Shown here one piece after another: positions 14,104 through 27,227 of a DNA stretch of 64,000 nt. The stretch's first letter is position 1. Each line of letters begins with the position of its first letter. The translations under genes and the position numbers were made by a program. This stretch comes from Raja brachyura (lineage: Eukaryota). The DNA lies in the NCBI GenBank assembly GCA_963514005.1, contig OY740818.1, positions 11,160,001 to 11,224,000 on the forward strand, read 5' to 3'. The notes under the pieces were generated by a model that was given only the letters and a program-made list of their open reading frames with translations, was not told the origin of the DNA and ran no database searches.

Positions 14104-15370
14104 TTTGAATTGAATACATTTTATTAGCCAAGTATGTATACATACAAGGAATTTTCCTTTGTGCTTTGCTCGCAAGAAAAACATGATATACAGTAGACAA
14201 TTAAAGGTAAAACATAATTTAAACGTGAAGAATGAAATAAAATACCAGGGCCAAAGGAGGCTGCAGACTTTTGGCTGTTGAGTGGAGCTAATGCTCGTGG
14301 GGAAAAAAAGCTGATTTTATGTCTGGCTGAGGTGGTTTTGACAGTCTTGAGTCGCCTTCCAGAGGGAAGTGATTCAATGAGTTTGTGGCCAGGGTGAGAG
14401 TGGCAAAAACATGAGGGTAGACTATTATCTGAATGGTGGCAGATTAGGTAAGGGGGAGATGCAACGAGACCTGGGTGTCATGGTACACCAGTCATTGAAA
14501 GTAGGCATGCAGGTGCAGCAGGCAGTGAAGAAAGCAAATGGTATGTTAGCATTCATAGCGAAAGGATTTGAGTATAGGAGCAGGGAGGTTCTACTGCAGT
14601 TGTACAGGGTTTTGGTGAGGCCACACCTGGAGTACTGCGTACAGTTTTGGTCTCCAAATCTGAGGAAAGACATCCTTGCCATAGAGGGGGTACAGAGAAG
14701 ATTCACCAGACTGATTCCTGGGATGTCAGGACTTTCATATGAGGAAAGATTGGATAGACTCGGTTTGTACTCGATGGAATTTAGAAGATTGAGGGGGGAT
14801 CTTATAGAAACCTACAAAATTCTTAAGGGGTTGGACAAGCTAGATGCTGGAAGATTGTTCCCGATGTTGGGGGAGTCCAGAACAAGGGGTCACAGTCTAA
14901 GGATAAGGGGGAATTCCTTTAGGACCGAAATGAGGAAAACATTCTTTACACAGAGAGTGGTGAGTCTCTGGAATTCTCTGCCACAGAAGGTAGTTGAGGC
15001 CAGTTCATTGGCTATATTTAAGAGGGCGTTAGATGTGGCACTTGTGGCTAAAGGGATCAGGGGGTATGGAGAGAAGGCAGGTACGGGATACTGAGTTGGA
15101 TGATCAGCCATGATCACATTGAATGGCGGTGCAGGCTCGAAGGGCCGAATGGCCTACTCCTGCACCTATTTTCTATGTTTCTATGTTTCTATGATCTTAC
15201 CCGCTCGCTTCCTGGCCCTTGCAGTGTACAGTTCATCAATGGGGAGAGGGTTGCAGCCAACAACCTTCTTGGCTGATCGAACGTTGCACTGCAGCCTCTG
15301 GATGGCATGCTTGGTGACTGAGTCAAACCAGACCATGATGGAGAAGGTGAGGACAGTATAATGACAGTGA
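14104..15370 (-). mobile_element. Rex1/Babar-like LINE 3' fragment, split by the HER1 insertion at 14401-15191
   Basis: - strand LPSGRRL-type remnant, aataaaatgtattcaattcaa tail; the flanks join across the insertion. Confidence 0.6.
14401..15191 (+). mobile_element. Young 5'-truncated HER1/CR1 LINE with an uninterrupted 227-codon ORF2 C-terminus
   Basis: RDLGV, LVRPHLEYCVQFWSP, TRGH motifs; (CTATGTTT)n tail. Confidence 0.95.
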
Positions 15371-16339
15371 TGGCAGTATAAAACGGAACCATCATTGCCT
15401 GTGGCAGATTCATACTGTCTGATTCATACCGTATGAATTTTGGTGAGTCATGCAAGTGGGTGAACACTTATGGAACAGCGATTGTGATTCTGTAAGTAGC
15501 AAGATACCTATGTAAAGAGATGAGGTTAGTCCTCAAATTAAGATCCTACATTGGGAGAAGGTTGAGTTGAAGTTCACATTTATTGCCACATGCACCAATT
15601 CAGGTACAGTGAAATTTGATTTACCATGCAGCCACACAATCAAAAAGAGCACAATTCACAATAAAATACACCATGAATATCCACCACAGTGGAATCAACA
15701 TTCTTCACTGTGGTGGAAGGCAATAACGTTCAGGCAGTCCTCCTCCTTTCATTAGCATTACAGAGGACTTAAAGTTAGATAGAGAGAAGATGCTTGTGGG
15801 TAAAACAGCATCCAATGAGAAAGTTGCTATGAGTTCATTGCTCGAGTGTTTTAAGTTAGAATAAAAGGCAAAGGTGGCAAGATTTGATCAAAGGAAAGAA
15901 AGGGAGAAAGGGATGAAGGGTATCTCCTAGAATTGCAACTTGCTGTAAGTATATCAGGAGTAAACGGGTACCTGGGAATGAGTAGGAAGGAACTGCATCA
16001 GATGTCATAAAAAGTTGGAGTAACTTAGGCAATATCTCTGGAGAGGAGGAATACTTCTCGAGCCGAAACGTAACACCAGAGTTGCTGCCAACCCCGCTGA
16101 GTTACTTCAGCTTTTTGTGACTACCTGGGAATGGGTGGTCCCTTTATGGACCCAAAGGATAATCTGTGTGTAGAACCAGGGGATCTGAGTGAGGTGTGAA
16201 GTGAATACTTCTGTATGATTTCACCAAGCAGAAGAATGGGTTAGGGGACATAATGAGGAGCACGTTGGTGGTCTAGAGCATGTAAGTATATAACAGGGGA
16301 AGGATGTTATATATCTTAGTACACATAATGGTCATGACA

Positions 16340-16650
16340 CACTGGTCAACCTGAGGAGTACCTTCAGCAACAGACTGGTTCCACCAAGATGCAGGACAGA
16401 ACGACCCAGGAGATCCTCCTTCCCTATGGCTATCAAACTTTACAACTCGTCCCCTTCTGTCGTGGGGTAGACTGAGACTGACCCACCCTCCTCCCCCCCC
16501 CCCCCCCCCCCCCCCCAACCTCCAACTTTGCACATCCCCGAAGCCTTGCCTCTCGTCACTTTATTTTCATGTTTCACGTATTTTGTGTTTTTTATGACTG
16601 TTGGCAAATTATTTTCCTTCCTGGGATAAATAAAGTTCTATCGTATCATA
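16340..16650 (+). mobile_element. Rex1-like LINE 3' end with a poly-C tract; second copy at about 33420-33630 on - strand
   Basis: mutual similarity of the two copies; gggataaataaagttctatc tail. Confidence 0.55.
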
Positions 16651-16885
16651 TACAAGATTTAATAAATCCCCAGAGCCAGCTAAGATCTATCCCAAACGCT
16701 GTGGGAGGCAAGGGAAGAGATCACTAAGGCTGTTGCAGATTTTCTTTAGCATTTTCATTAGCCATAGGTTAAGGTACCTGGAGAATCATTCATGCTGTTC
16801 CTTTATTTAAGAAGGGATAAGCCAAATAACTACAGACTCTGTGACACTGGTAGAGAAAGCATTGAGAAAATTCTAAGAGAGGAGT

Positions 16886-16916
<31 letters not shown>

Positions 16917-19496
16917 TTGTAGCATTAATTTGGTTTTTTTAAGATGGATGAAGGGAGGATGGTAGTATGTATTTTCTATATTTACTAACTTTTGACATGA
17001 TCCCACATAATCTGTCGAGAAGGTTAAGGCACATGGGATAGAGGTTAATTGGATCCAAGTTTGGCTTGGCGAAAGGAGGTAAACGGTAATGTTGGAGGGC
17101 AGCTTTACTGATTGGAAGCCTGACCGGATGGATGCTGCAATATTTGGGGGCTTTTTCCTGATATATATTAACAACTTAAATGAGAAAGTGGAATGAATAA
17201 TTACTAACTTAATGTATGACACAAACGTTGGTACTGCTGTGGCTATCAAGGCAAGTTGTTTAAGGCAACAAGAAGATATAGATCAAATGGAAAGGTGAGC
17301 AGAGCCTGACAAATACAAGGGGAAGATAGACACAAAGGTGAAGTAACTCAACTCAGGCAACATCTCTGGAGAAAGGGAATAGATCGAGACCCTTCTTCAG
17401 ACTCGCCTGAAGTTCCTTCCTACCCTAATACAAGGTGATGCATTTGGGAAATAAAATAAGGGTAGGATATAAATAGTGAATGGTTGGGTATGAGGAACTG
17501 TTGATAAATAGTTATTGGGGTTCTTGACGATGGCAACAGAGGTAGACTGGGATGTTTGCTTTTATAGATTGGGGTATAGATTATAAGAGTTGGGATATTG
17601 TGTTGCAAATTTACAAATCCATTGTTAGCCCACTCTCAGAGTATTGTTTGCAGTTCTGGTCACCACAGCGAAGGAAGGATATGATTGTGCTGTGGAGATT
17701 CATCAGGATGTTGCCCTAGATGGAGGACTGTGGAGAATGTTTGGATAGATTGGGTTTATTTTCCCTCGATCGAATGAAGCTAAGGAAGAAGTTTTATAGG
17801 GGATCTGAGAGGAATCAAATACACTCATGATGTTCAAGAAACATTCAGGCAAGGCATAGAAATTTATCAATCTCGTGCGGAGAAAATGGGAGCAATATAG
17901 GTGGACAAAAAGCATGGATATGGTGGGGCAAAGGCCAGTTTTTGTGCTGTACGATGCAAACCTTTTTCAGATGAAATATTTTTGATCTGGTTAGGATGTT
18001 GAATACTAAAGTATACAGCTTCAACCAACTAAAATCAATTATGATGAGAGTAAATGCTATTCAGATTATTTGCATTTTATTCATTGCTTTCAAAAAGTTC
18101 TGCTTGGATTACTCTCTCAAAATTGATTGATTTGTAATTTACGAATAATATTTTCCAGAGTTTAATGTGATATTCCACAAATTGCAATATAATAATATAG
18201 AATTTTACTATTTCAGGGCTATTATATTTATGTGCCAAGATATAATAGGCGCACAGCTAGATATTGCTACATAAATTTACTTTTTTGGGGACAATGAACA
18301 GTTTTAAGATTACACTACCCTGGTTACCATAAACTTGTTTTTCTTGGCCAGTCACTATTTAAAATCAGCTCCCTGTAATGTACTAGGTGTTCTATTTTTT
18401 AAATGCAGACTACCAGTGTTAAATATTTTGCTAATAATCTAAACTCTGGAACATAGCTGATTTAAACTATTTATTCAATCAAATACCACGTTTCACCTTT
18501 TTGTATGGTCAACATGCATTGGGGAAAAGTAATCACATTTCCAACATGCTACCATAATCTTTAATTATGTATTATGCACAGTCAAGATGTTCTTTACTGA
18601 CAGCAACTTTTGTTTGTGCTACATCTGCCATTTAAAAAAAATATATACCCGATCCATGCTTAATTGTATTTTCCCAATGTTTGGACTTTAATGGAGTAGA
18701 ATTTTGATATCTTTGGAAGTATTGTACAAAAATAAAGTGAAAAGTGTGTTCTACAAGTTTTTCCAACTAAATCATACTATACACAAGTGCAACAGATCCT
18801 TTTCTGGAACAGCATGCAGAAGGTCACCATGTTCTGATGCAATATTCCATCTTAAACGCAGACATATTCAAATGTAATTAAGTCTCTGCAATTTGATTAA
18901 CTTGATTGGTGTGCTCAATCCCCAAGTTTGCCTAATTTTAAAGCTGCTATTTGCATAACTTTTTTGTGATTTACTTGCAAAATAGTGCTAAGTATGAAAT
19001 ATTTTTCAAATGAAAATAGTAAAATGCTCAAAAGATTAGCAGCAAGCTGACCTTGAAAATAGGATATTCTCTTGTTTGCGTATCTCAAGCTTACGTCCAA
19101 TTAAGTGGGTAAATTGACAATACTTAGTAGGACTGTTGGTGTTAAGCAAAAAGCGGCTTCCAGTAATGTTATGTGGAATAAGAATTTAACCTTTTTTCCA
19201 AAAATGGTTTTTAGCTGTACCTTTTTCCAAAGTTTTAGCATGCCAAAGATTATCTGAAGTAGAAAGTGCTGTTTTTTGGTGTGGTGGGTATGGAGTGGGG
19301 CAGGAGAGGTCATAAGAATTGGGTATTAAATAATGTAAGTGATTCTTTTGCACTGGATTTTAGATTTGCTTACGAGTGTCACATTCAGTTCTCTACTGAG
19401 TATAGTGTGAAGGATGTCAGCTATTTTCTCAGAATTCTTTGTTGCCTTGCACACAAATGAATGAGTAGATCATAATTGACTTGTGTACATTTACAG

Positions 19497-19720
19497 ACAT
19501 ACATGCAGCAAACGATTCAAGTTCACCAAGCTCCACCTCAGTCCCAGCAGACAGCTAAACTATTGTCACTAACGCCGCCATCATCACCGAAAGTACAACG
19601 AGCTGGCCACAGGAGAATTGTCAGTGACGTCCCTTTCAGCAGTGTATTTGGAGTCCCTGCCAGTCATTCCTCTCAACAACTGGCGGCTGCTGCTGCTGAG
19701 GCAAACCTTTATAAATCTAA
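19497..19720 (+). CDS. AAK1: AAK1-like exon (...[52 protein letters not shown])
   Basis: ttacag/gtgagt, 224 nt; close match to AAK1 [21 protein letters not shown]. Confidence 0.93.
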
Positions 19721-19979
19721 GTGAGTTCATTGCGGTACCTATGGTTAACGTTGCACTTTATAACGTTTAAGTGGATGTAGAGGATTCATCACTTTCTGTG
19801 CAAAATGACATGTCACTATCTTGTAGGTTTGAGAATGCTGATAACGTCGACACTATAAAGTGATAGCTGTTAATGCATTGGAATCAAATGCTAGAACTAA
19901 AAGGACTTGCTGTTACAGATTATTTTTTCAAAATCCAGTAATCTCAAATATTGCAGCACAAATGTTATAAATAACAACA

Positions 19980-21155
19980 CAGTAAACCCTTGTTTTAACG
20001 GACCTCTTTATAACTGATTTAGTTTATCACGGATGGACCTGCCAATAACACGGCCAGCTTGCACCACCTCACTGGCCACTTACAGCCCCAGCATCTGTAG
20101 CCACTCCTGGTTTGCAAGGTGCACCAGCGCGCCCATCACCCTCCTCAGGATCCAGTTGACGGAGCTGCCGTAGCTCCTGGTGACAGCGCTATATTCAGGC
20201 CGCTGCCACCGACAGAACGTGCTCGGTCACCGTGGGGCTGTCTCATTTCTCGCCGGCTGCCGCTTCTTCCAGTCGGCCGTCGCTTTATCTGCTCCTACCA
20301 CCGCTGCTGCTGCCTCCTCCTCCTCCCATTGCTAAGTCCATTCCACCACCCCTCCACCCCAATGCCGCCTCTCCGTTCTCCCCTGGACTTTCCAATATGC
20401 TCTACCTTGGAAGATGTCAGTGACTGCAGGGCAAAAGGAGGTGTAGGTGGCAGTAAAGCGAGGAGAGGACAAAGCAATGGTCAACTGGAAGAAATGGCAG
20501 CAGGTGTGAGAGGAGGGAGCACCGCAGAGACTAGCGTGTCCTGTTGGTAGCAGCGGCCTGAAGAATGTGCTGTCCGCAGGGGCTACAATGTGAGCTGCAA
20601 TGACAGACACGCCATTTGGACTGTGAAGTGTGTGACGAGGGGCTTACTGGTGCAGGCCAGTGGCATCGATGCTGATTTTTAAGTTGAAACAATACAGTAC
20701 TGGAGTAGACAAAAGTGCTGGATAAACTCAGCGGGTGCAGCAGCATCTTTGGAGCGAAGGAAATAGGCAACGTTTGAAGAAGTATTTTAGAAGGGTTTCA
20801 GCCCAAAACATTGCCTATTTCCTTCGCTCCATAGATGCTGCTGCTGCACCCGCTGAGTTTCTCCAGCACTTTTGTCTACATTCCATTTTCCAGCATCTGC
20901 AGTTCCTTCTTAAACACAGTGCTGGAGTAACTTGGCGGACTGATTCAATCTGATGGGTCTCGACGTTACCTATTCATGTTCTCCAGTGATACTGCCTGAC
21001 CTGCAGAATTACTCCAGCACTTTGTGTCCTTTTGTGTATTTACCATCATCTGCAGTTCTTTGTTTCAACTGCATACAATAATAATACCGTACTCGGTTAT
21101 AGCGGACAATGGGCAATAACGCACACCAGTGGTCCGTTATAACAAGGGTTTACTG
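19980..21155. mobile_element. Non-autonomous Tigger/pogo-like DNA transposon
   Basis: 25-bp terminal inverted repeats (TIRs) CAGTAAACCCTTGTT(T/A)TAACGGACC with one mismatch; TA on the right flank, CA on the left. Confidence 0.8.
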
Positions 21156-22710
21156 TAATTAATATAAATAGATTTTGTTTTCTGCAAAATCAATTTGGGT
21201 GTACCATTGAAGACGACTTGCATTACAATGGGCCAGCAGTTGTGGTTGTCTGTGATGTGAGATCACTTCCTGGTCATCTGGTGGTGGAATTCCTACACCC
21301 TCCCCCTAAAAATTGGCCTATGATAAGACTATTCAAAGTGTTTACCTGTATCCAGCAACTGGGATGTTATCAACTGGTAGTGCAGCCAAATCTATTTTAG
21401 ATTTGTCACATAAATGCAGAAATTGTTTTCTAATTAACTATTAAACATTATGCCGAGATCTAACTAATGATTTGAATGTTTGTATAGTTTAAAGGATTTG
21501 AAATGTTGTAAATATTATAATGGTCAATCTTAATTTAAAATATTAACACATTACAGTTCACCAAAGCATATTGATTAAGAGTGCAGGTGGCTAGGCAATA
21601 ATTATCAGTTAATTCGTTACTAAATCTCACAGACCTTGAGTATCTAGATGTAAAAGTAATGAGGGGGTTTCACACCTTTGTAAAAAGCCTCAATGTATGT
21701 ACTTTCAAATGAATTCTATAGCAAAAGGGTACATGGGTAGTGTTGCTGCACTACTTGTGGCACAGAATTAAAAAGAGCAACCTTTATTAACTCTGAGCTC
21801 CACTGCTATCTTTGTAGCATGTGCATGTTCTTGCTATGACTGCAAGAATTTCCCCAGGGTGCTAAAATTTCTTTCCAATCTCAAAGACATGCTGGTTGGT
21901 AGATTATTTGGCTGCTGTAAATTTCCCTTGTTGATGGCTGTGAAGCGAGGTTCATGGGGACAATTGAATAGAGAGAGAAAAACAAAAGGTTACGGAGAAG
22001 TAAGTCTGGCAAAGGGATTGATGGAATTGCACTGAAATGCTCTGGTAGTTGGCAGACCCACTAAAGATGACCCACTTTGTAAAATAATATGCCCACAGCA
22101 GCGAAGGCTGCAAACAGCACCACCTTTTGGGCATGCTGGATCATAGGAAGCATGGTTAGGATTTCCTCACAAACATGTGCAAAAATCCCATATTTGCTGT
22201 TGTTGCAAGGAATAATGTCTGTGGTAAAACTGATAGTGGTCCCTTCTTTGCTACTGCAAAGTTAAGGCTAGTATTTCACTTTGATTTTACAAAATTATGC
22301 TTTTGTGATATGAGAAATTAGTAGGTGATAACTTTGGTTTTCAATGATGGCCTATGCACCAGATTACAAACTTGAGTTTCCACTTTCGACATTGCCTTTG
22401 CATTTTGAGGTGTATATTGCCCCCAATTCTTGAATTATGAAGAGAATATGTTCCTGGAAAACATTTTAAGCAACATTTTGCAAATCAAAAAGGCTGTACA
22501 CCGTGCACTCCTTGCACAGAAAGCAATGTACCATTTGTAATAATGAAAAAGCTTTAAATTGAAGATGTACCCCAAAGTGACAGTGATGTTAGAGCAAACA
22601 TTTGTAAATAGCGTGTTTGTAAATACATGAATATTTGTATAGGCAAATCTCTTATAGAGCCACAGATGCCTGTATTTTCTACTGTTTTAATGTGGATTCT
22701 TCTATTGTAG

Positions 22711-22868
22711 ATCAGCATCCACAAGTCCTGCAGGATCACCCAGAACTTCACAGCAAAATATTTATAATCCGCCAGATATCTCTACGTGGAATCCATTCGG
22801 TGATGACAATTTTTCTAAGCTTACAGCAGAGGAACTTCTAGATAAAGAGTTTGCGGAGCTACGAAAGG
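22711..22868 (+). CDS. AAK1: AAK1-like exon ([52 protein letters not shown])
   Basis: ttgtag/gtgggt, 158 nt; WNPF...DNFSKLT.EELL family motif. Confidence 0.93.
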
Positions 22869-23936
22869 GTGGGTGTGTTCTGTCATTTTGAGGTGGGGCA
22901 TTCTGCTTGGGCTTCACGTGATATTTCCTTGTCCTCTGCATGCCACAGGGCAGATGAACCATGAGTACTACATTTGGTAGTTATGGCACTATTCATGTTT
23001 TATGTTATAAGCTTCATTTGGCGTCTTGCCATCTTCAGATAAACTGAGTTTCCTTACTGTAGGTGGAATTTCTTTAAGTGGATTGATATATTGGAGATCC
23101 CCTCTACATGGAACTTAAAGTCCTACCATGTTTGTCCCAGCCATGGTGTCAACCTAACTAATGCTATCTGCGTGCACATTGTTTGTAATCCTCAGTTCCC
23201 TGCCTGTTCATCATGCCGATCTAAAATCCATCTTAAATGTTGCTATTGTATCTGCTTCTACCATATCGCTTGCCAGCACCTTCCAGGGATTTCACTCCGT
23301 TTACAAAAAAACTTGGCTCTTGAAAAAAGGCTATCGACCATTTCTATGCCTCTTGGAATTTTCAGTCCAAGTTTGTTCAACCTCTCCTTATAACTGATAA
23401 TTTCAAATCCAGACAACATCCTGGTGAATCTTTACTCCACCCTCTTCAAAGCCTCCACATCCTTCCTTTAGTGTGGCGACGGGAACTGTACACATTCTCT
23501 AACTGTGGCCTAACTGAAATTTTATACCGCTGCAATGACTTGCCCACTTTTATACGAGATGCCTGACTGATAAAAGGCAAGCAAACCATATGCTTTTTTT
23601 GCCACACTACTTGTGTTGTATGTTCGGATTGTTCATGATCCAACGTCAGGTTTGCTTTCCTGATTTGAAAGTTTCTCAGTGCAGCAATTTAAGAATGCTT
23701 TTACTATAAAGTCTCCTGAAAGTACATTGCTTTGCTGATTTACATAAATACTCAATAAGTTGTTGAAGTTATTTAAACAGCACATGTAAATCTTCAATAC
23801 TTGACTGAGATTCATCTTTAAGATGTCACTTAGCAATGTTCCAAATTCACTGAAATCTCACCAGCCTCTCTTTTTAAAATAGGATTCAAGAGTGATCCAC
23901 AGTAACTAATCACTTGCATTAAAACTGTCCTGACAG

Positions 23937-24053
23937 ATAAGGCTGCAGAACCGAAGAAAGTACCAACTGGCAATGTAGCGCCAGGGTTTCACTCTGGCCT
24001 GGCTCTGCCACAAACAGATATGTTTGGGGCTTCACCCTTTGCATCCGGGGCAG
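23937..24053 (+). CDS. AAK1: AAK1-like exon (DKAAEPKKVPTGNVAPGFHSGLALPQTDMFGASPFASGA)
   Basis: tgacag/gtttgt, 117 nt, phase 1-1, open; PGF...D.F...F pattern as in AAK1. Confidence 0.8.
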
Positions 24054-24352
24054 GTTTGTATTTAAATTGTATGAATAATTAGTTGTATACTCTTACGATT
24101 TAGCCATTGTTTGCTAGCAAATCGTTTTTTATATTTACAAATCTTTTTTTTAAAGTCATGTTGACTTAATTGGAACATGCATTAATTCAAGTGAATTAAT
24201 TTGGTGGAAAATTCTGAGCTCATAAAAGCTTTTGAATGAATTGTATCAAATTCTTAATGAAAGTCTAATCACATATGCAGTACGCCTACTGAAATGCAAG
24301 TAATTCTCTCTTCCACTTCCTTATACTATTTTCCTTCTTCCTACTTTGTAAG

Positions 24353-24442
24353 AAGCTAAAATATCAATGGAAACTATAGACTCTAGTTCATCAGCAACTA
24401 TTCCTGATCCTTTAATACATGTGCCACTCTCTAACTTCCCAG
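24353..24442 (+). CDS. AAK1: AAK1-like exon (EAKISMETIDSSSSATIPDPLIHVPLSNFP)
   Basis: long pyrimidine tract, tandem AAG/AAG acceptor, cag/gtaagg donor, 90 nt, phase 1-1. Confidence 0.75.
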
Positions 24443-24599
24443 GTAAGGATCAGTAAATCATGGCAAATTTTTATTTTCTTTGAAAAAAGTGTGCTTCAGT
24501 AAATTCATAACTTGTGCATTCCACAGATATAGAATAAGTGTGAATATTTAGTTTATTAAACACATTCATTGAGTGTTTGGCAAACTTAATGTTGTGTTC

Positions 24600-25910
24600 T
24601 GAAATATACAGTCAACGGGAATCGGAGGAACAAATATGCAAGGATATTGCAGAGAGTTGTTAGAATAATAGTGATTAGGGCAGAAAATGTTAACTTTCCT
24701 TTCTGTAGACTGGGCCTACTCTAGTGTTGAGGGCTTAGATGAGGTGTAATTTGCCTGTTCAGGAAAGCTATCAGGCAATATATAGAGGGCCCAACTAGGG
24801 AGAGGGCAAAGCCTAACCTACTGTTGGGAATAGGGCAGGATGAGTGACTGAGATGCAAGTGGGGGGGCCCTCTGGGACCAGTTACCATTAGTTCTATTAG
24901 TTTTTAATTAGTTAAGGAAAAGGACAGAATTGGTCCTAAAGTTCCAAAATGGAGTAAGGCGAATGTTGATAGTATTGGACAGGAGCTTGCAAGAGTCGAT
25001 TGAAATAAGTCACTTGCGGGCAAAGGGATGTCCATCAAGTGGGAGGCTTTTAAAAGTGAGATATTGAGAGTTAAAGATCTGCAAGTTCCTGTTAGAGTGA
25101 AAGGCAAGGCTGCCAGGAATAGGGGTAAGGTAACACTAGAATACAAGAGATATTGAGGCTCTGGTCAGAAGAAAATACAGGCACGGGTGAGGTACAAACA
25201 GTTGGAATCCCTGGGGGAATCCCATAGGGGATGCAGGACTAGTTAGGGCAAAAAAATGAACTTGAGATAGTTTGGGCAGAATGGATTAAGGAGAAACCAA
25301 AGAGATTTTATATATGTATATATTAAGGCAAATGAAGTGACTTGGGAGAAAATGGAGCTCTTCAAAGACCAAAGTGGACATCTGTGTAGAGTCTCAGGCG
25401 ATGTGAGAGGTTTCAGTTTTTACTGTTGAGAAAGACAAGGGAACTCAGGAAAGCTAATGGGGATTGTCTGCGTTGCCATTGAGAAGGTGGTGGATGTCTT
25501 AAAACCTATGAAGGTAGATAATTCCCTGGAGCCTGATTAGGTATATCCACAACACTGGAGCAATTCAGAGAATAAATTGCAGGACCCTTGGCCGAGTGAT
25601 GTGCATCACCGTTATCCACAGGGGAGGTGACAAAGACTGGATGGTGGCTAATGTGCCTTTATTTAAAAACGGCTGCTAAGAAAAACCTGGGAAGTTTCTG
25701 CCAGTAAGTCTCACATCTATGCTTGGGAGGTTATTGGAGTGGATTCTGAAGAATAAGATGCACATGCAGACTAGTTAATTTGGGATAGTCAGTATGGCTT
25801 TGTGCTTAGTTTGCATCTTACAAATGTCATGCAAGAAGGTAGACAGAGCAGGGTATTATAAATAATCTTGATCGACTACACTTAGGTCTTTAAAGTTCCG
25901 TATTGTAGGT
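24600..25910 (+). mobile_element. Decayed CR1-type LINE, with its 3' end at about 27000-27140
   Basis: remnants such as KENPKRFY, GPD.VYP, DW.VANVP.FK. Confidence 0.65.
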
Positions 25911-26197
25911 TATTTAGTTTAACTTGTTATTGTAGCATGTACCGAGGTACAGTGAAAAGCTGTTTTATTTTGTATCATGATATCCAGTTAAAGAAAAGTC
26001 TATATATGATTACAAAAAGCTGTCCACAGTATATGGATAAAGGGTAACAACATTTGTGCACGATAAAGCGTGATTAAAGATAGTTTGAAGCTCTCAAAAG
26101 AAGTGAGTGGGAGTTTCAGGCTTGCACTCGAGCTGGCATGAAGGACGATTCAGTTGCCTGACAACAGCTGGGAAGAAACTCTCTCTGAATTTGAAGG

Positions 26198-26842
26198 TTT
26201 AAGAAGGAACTGCAGATGCTGGAGAAACTCAGCGGGTGAGGCAGCATCTATGGAGCGAAGGAAATAGGCAACGTTTCGGGTCAAAACCCTTCCTCAGACT
26301 GATGTGGGGGTGGCGGGAGGAAGAAAGGAAGATGTGGAGCCAGTGGGCTGAGGGAGAGCTGAGAAGCGGAGGAGAAAGTAAGGACTACCTGAAATTAGAG
26401 AAGTCAATGTTTATACCGCTGGGGTGTAAACTGCCCAAGCACTATATGAGGTGCTGCTCCTCCAATTTAGGGTGGTCCTCACTCTGGCCATGGAGGAGGC
26501 CCAGGACAGAAAGTTTGGAATGGGAGGGGGAGTTGAAGTGCTGAGCCACCGGGAGATCAGGTTGGTTATTGCGAACCGAGCGGAGGTGTTCGGCGAAGCG
26601 ATCGCCAAGCCTATGCTTGGTCTCACCGATGTAGAGCAACTGACATCTAGAGCAGCGGATGCAATAGATGAGGTTGGAGGAGGCGCAGGTGAACCTCTGC
26701 CGCACCTGGAAAGACTGCTTGGGTCCTTGAATAGAGTCAAGGGGGGGGAGGTAAAGCGACAAGTGTACCATTTTTTACGGTTGGAAGGGAAAGTGCCCGG
26801 AGAGGGGGTGGTTCGGGTGGGAAGGAACAAATTGACCAGGGA
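26198..26842 (-). mobile_element. Penelope-like element 3' fragment (GIY-YIG endonuclease plus tail) with perfect TSD
   Basis: FTCASSNLIYCIRCSRCQLLYIGETKHRLGDRFAEH; CTCTGAATTTGAAGG at 26183-26197 and 26843-26857. Confidence 0.9.
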
Positions 26843-27227
26843 CTCTGAATTTGAAGGTGTGTGTTTTAATACTTCTGTACCATTGGGAGAGGAGGGAGTT
26901 ACAAAGATGAGTCTGTTCCTTGATTATGCTGGGGCCTTGCCGAGGCAACAATAAGTGTAGATGGAAGAGAGTTTGGTTAATGTGATGGTCAGGTACTATC
27001 ATGTTTAAAAGACATTTGGATAAGTACATGGATAGAAAAGATTTAGGGGGCTATGGGTCAAGCTCAGGCAAGTGAGACTAGATTAGATGGGGCATCTTGG
27101 TCACTTGGTCACAAGTTGGACCAAAATGTCTGTTTCCTTATGATTACATTGGTCTTAAACATGGGAGTGTATAAATTTTCATAAGCGTTTGAAAATATAA
27201 TTGGAACCACCATATTATTTTCCATGC

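Larger units (their letters stand above)
13800..17960 (+). mobile_element. Long decayed CR1-type LINE broken by younger insertions
   Basis: collinear remnants (YRP, GDF.FP.IDW, KSP.PD..YP, PLFKKG, .YRPV.L, WSP) across the interval. Confidence 0.6.

Noticed and set aside
20119-20610. Overlapping 60-143 aa ORFs
   Set aside because: Low-complexity GC-rich interior of a TIR element; no protein motifs or convincing splice sites.
26236-26954. Several long ORFs on both strands
   Set aside because: Alternative frames and antisense of the Penelope-like GIY-YIG fragment; the same holds for 49489-49680 and 50325-50752.
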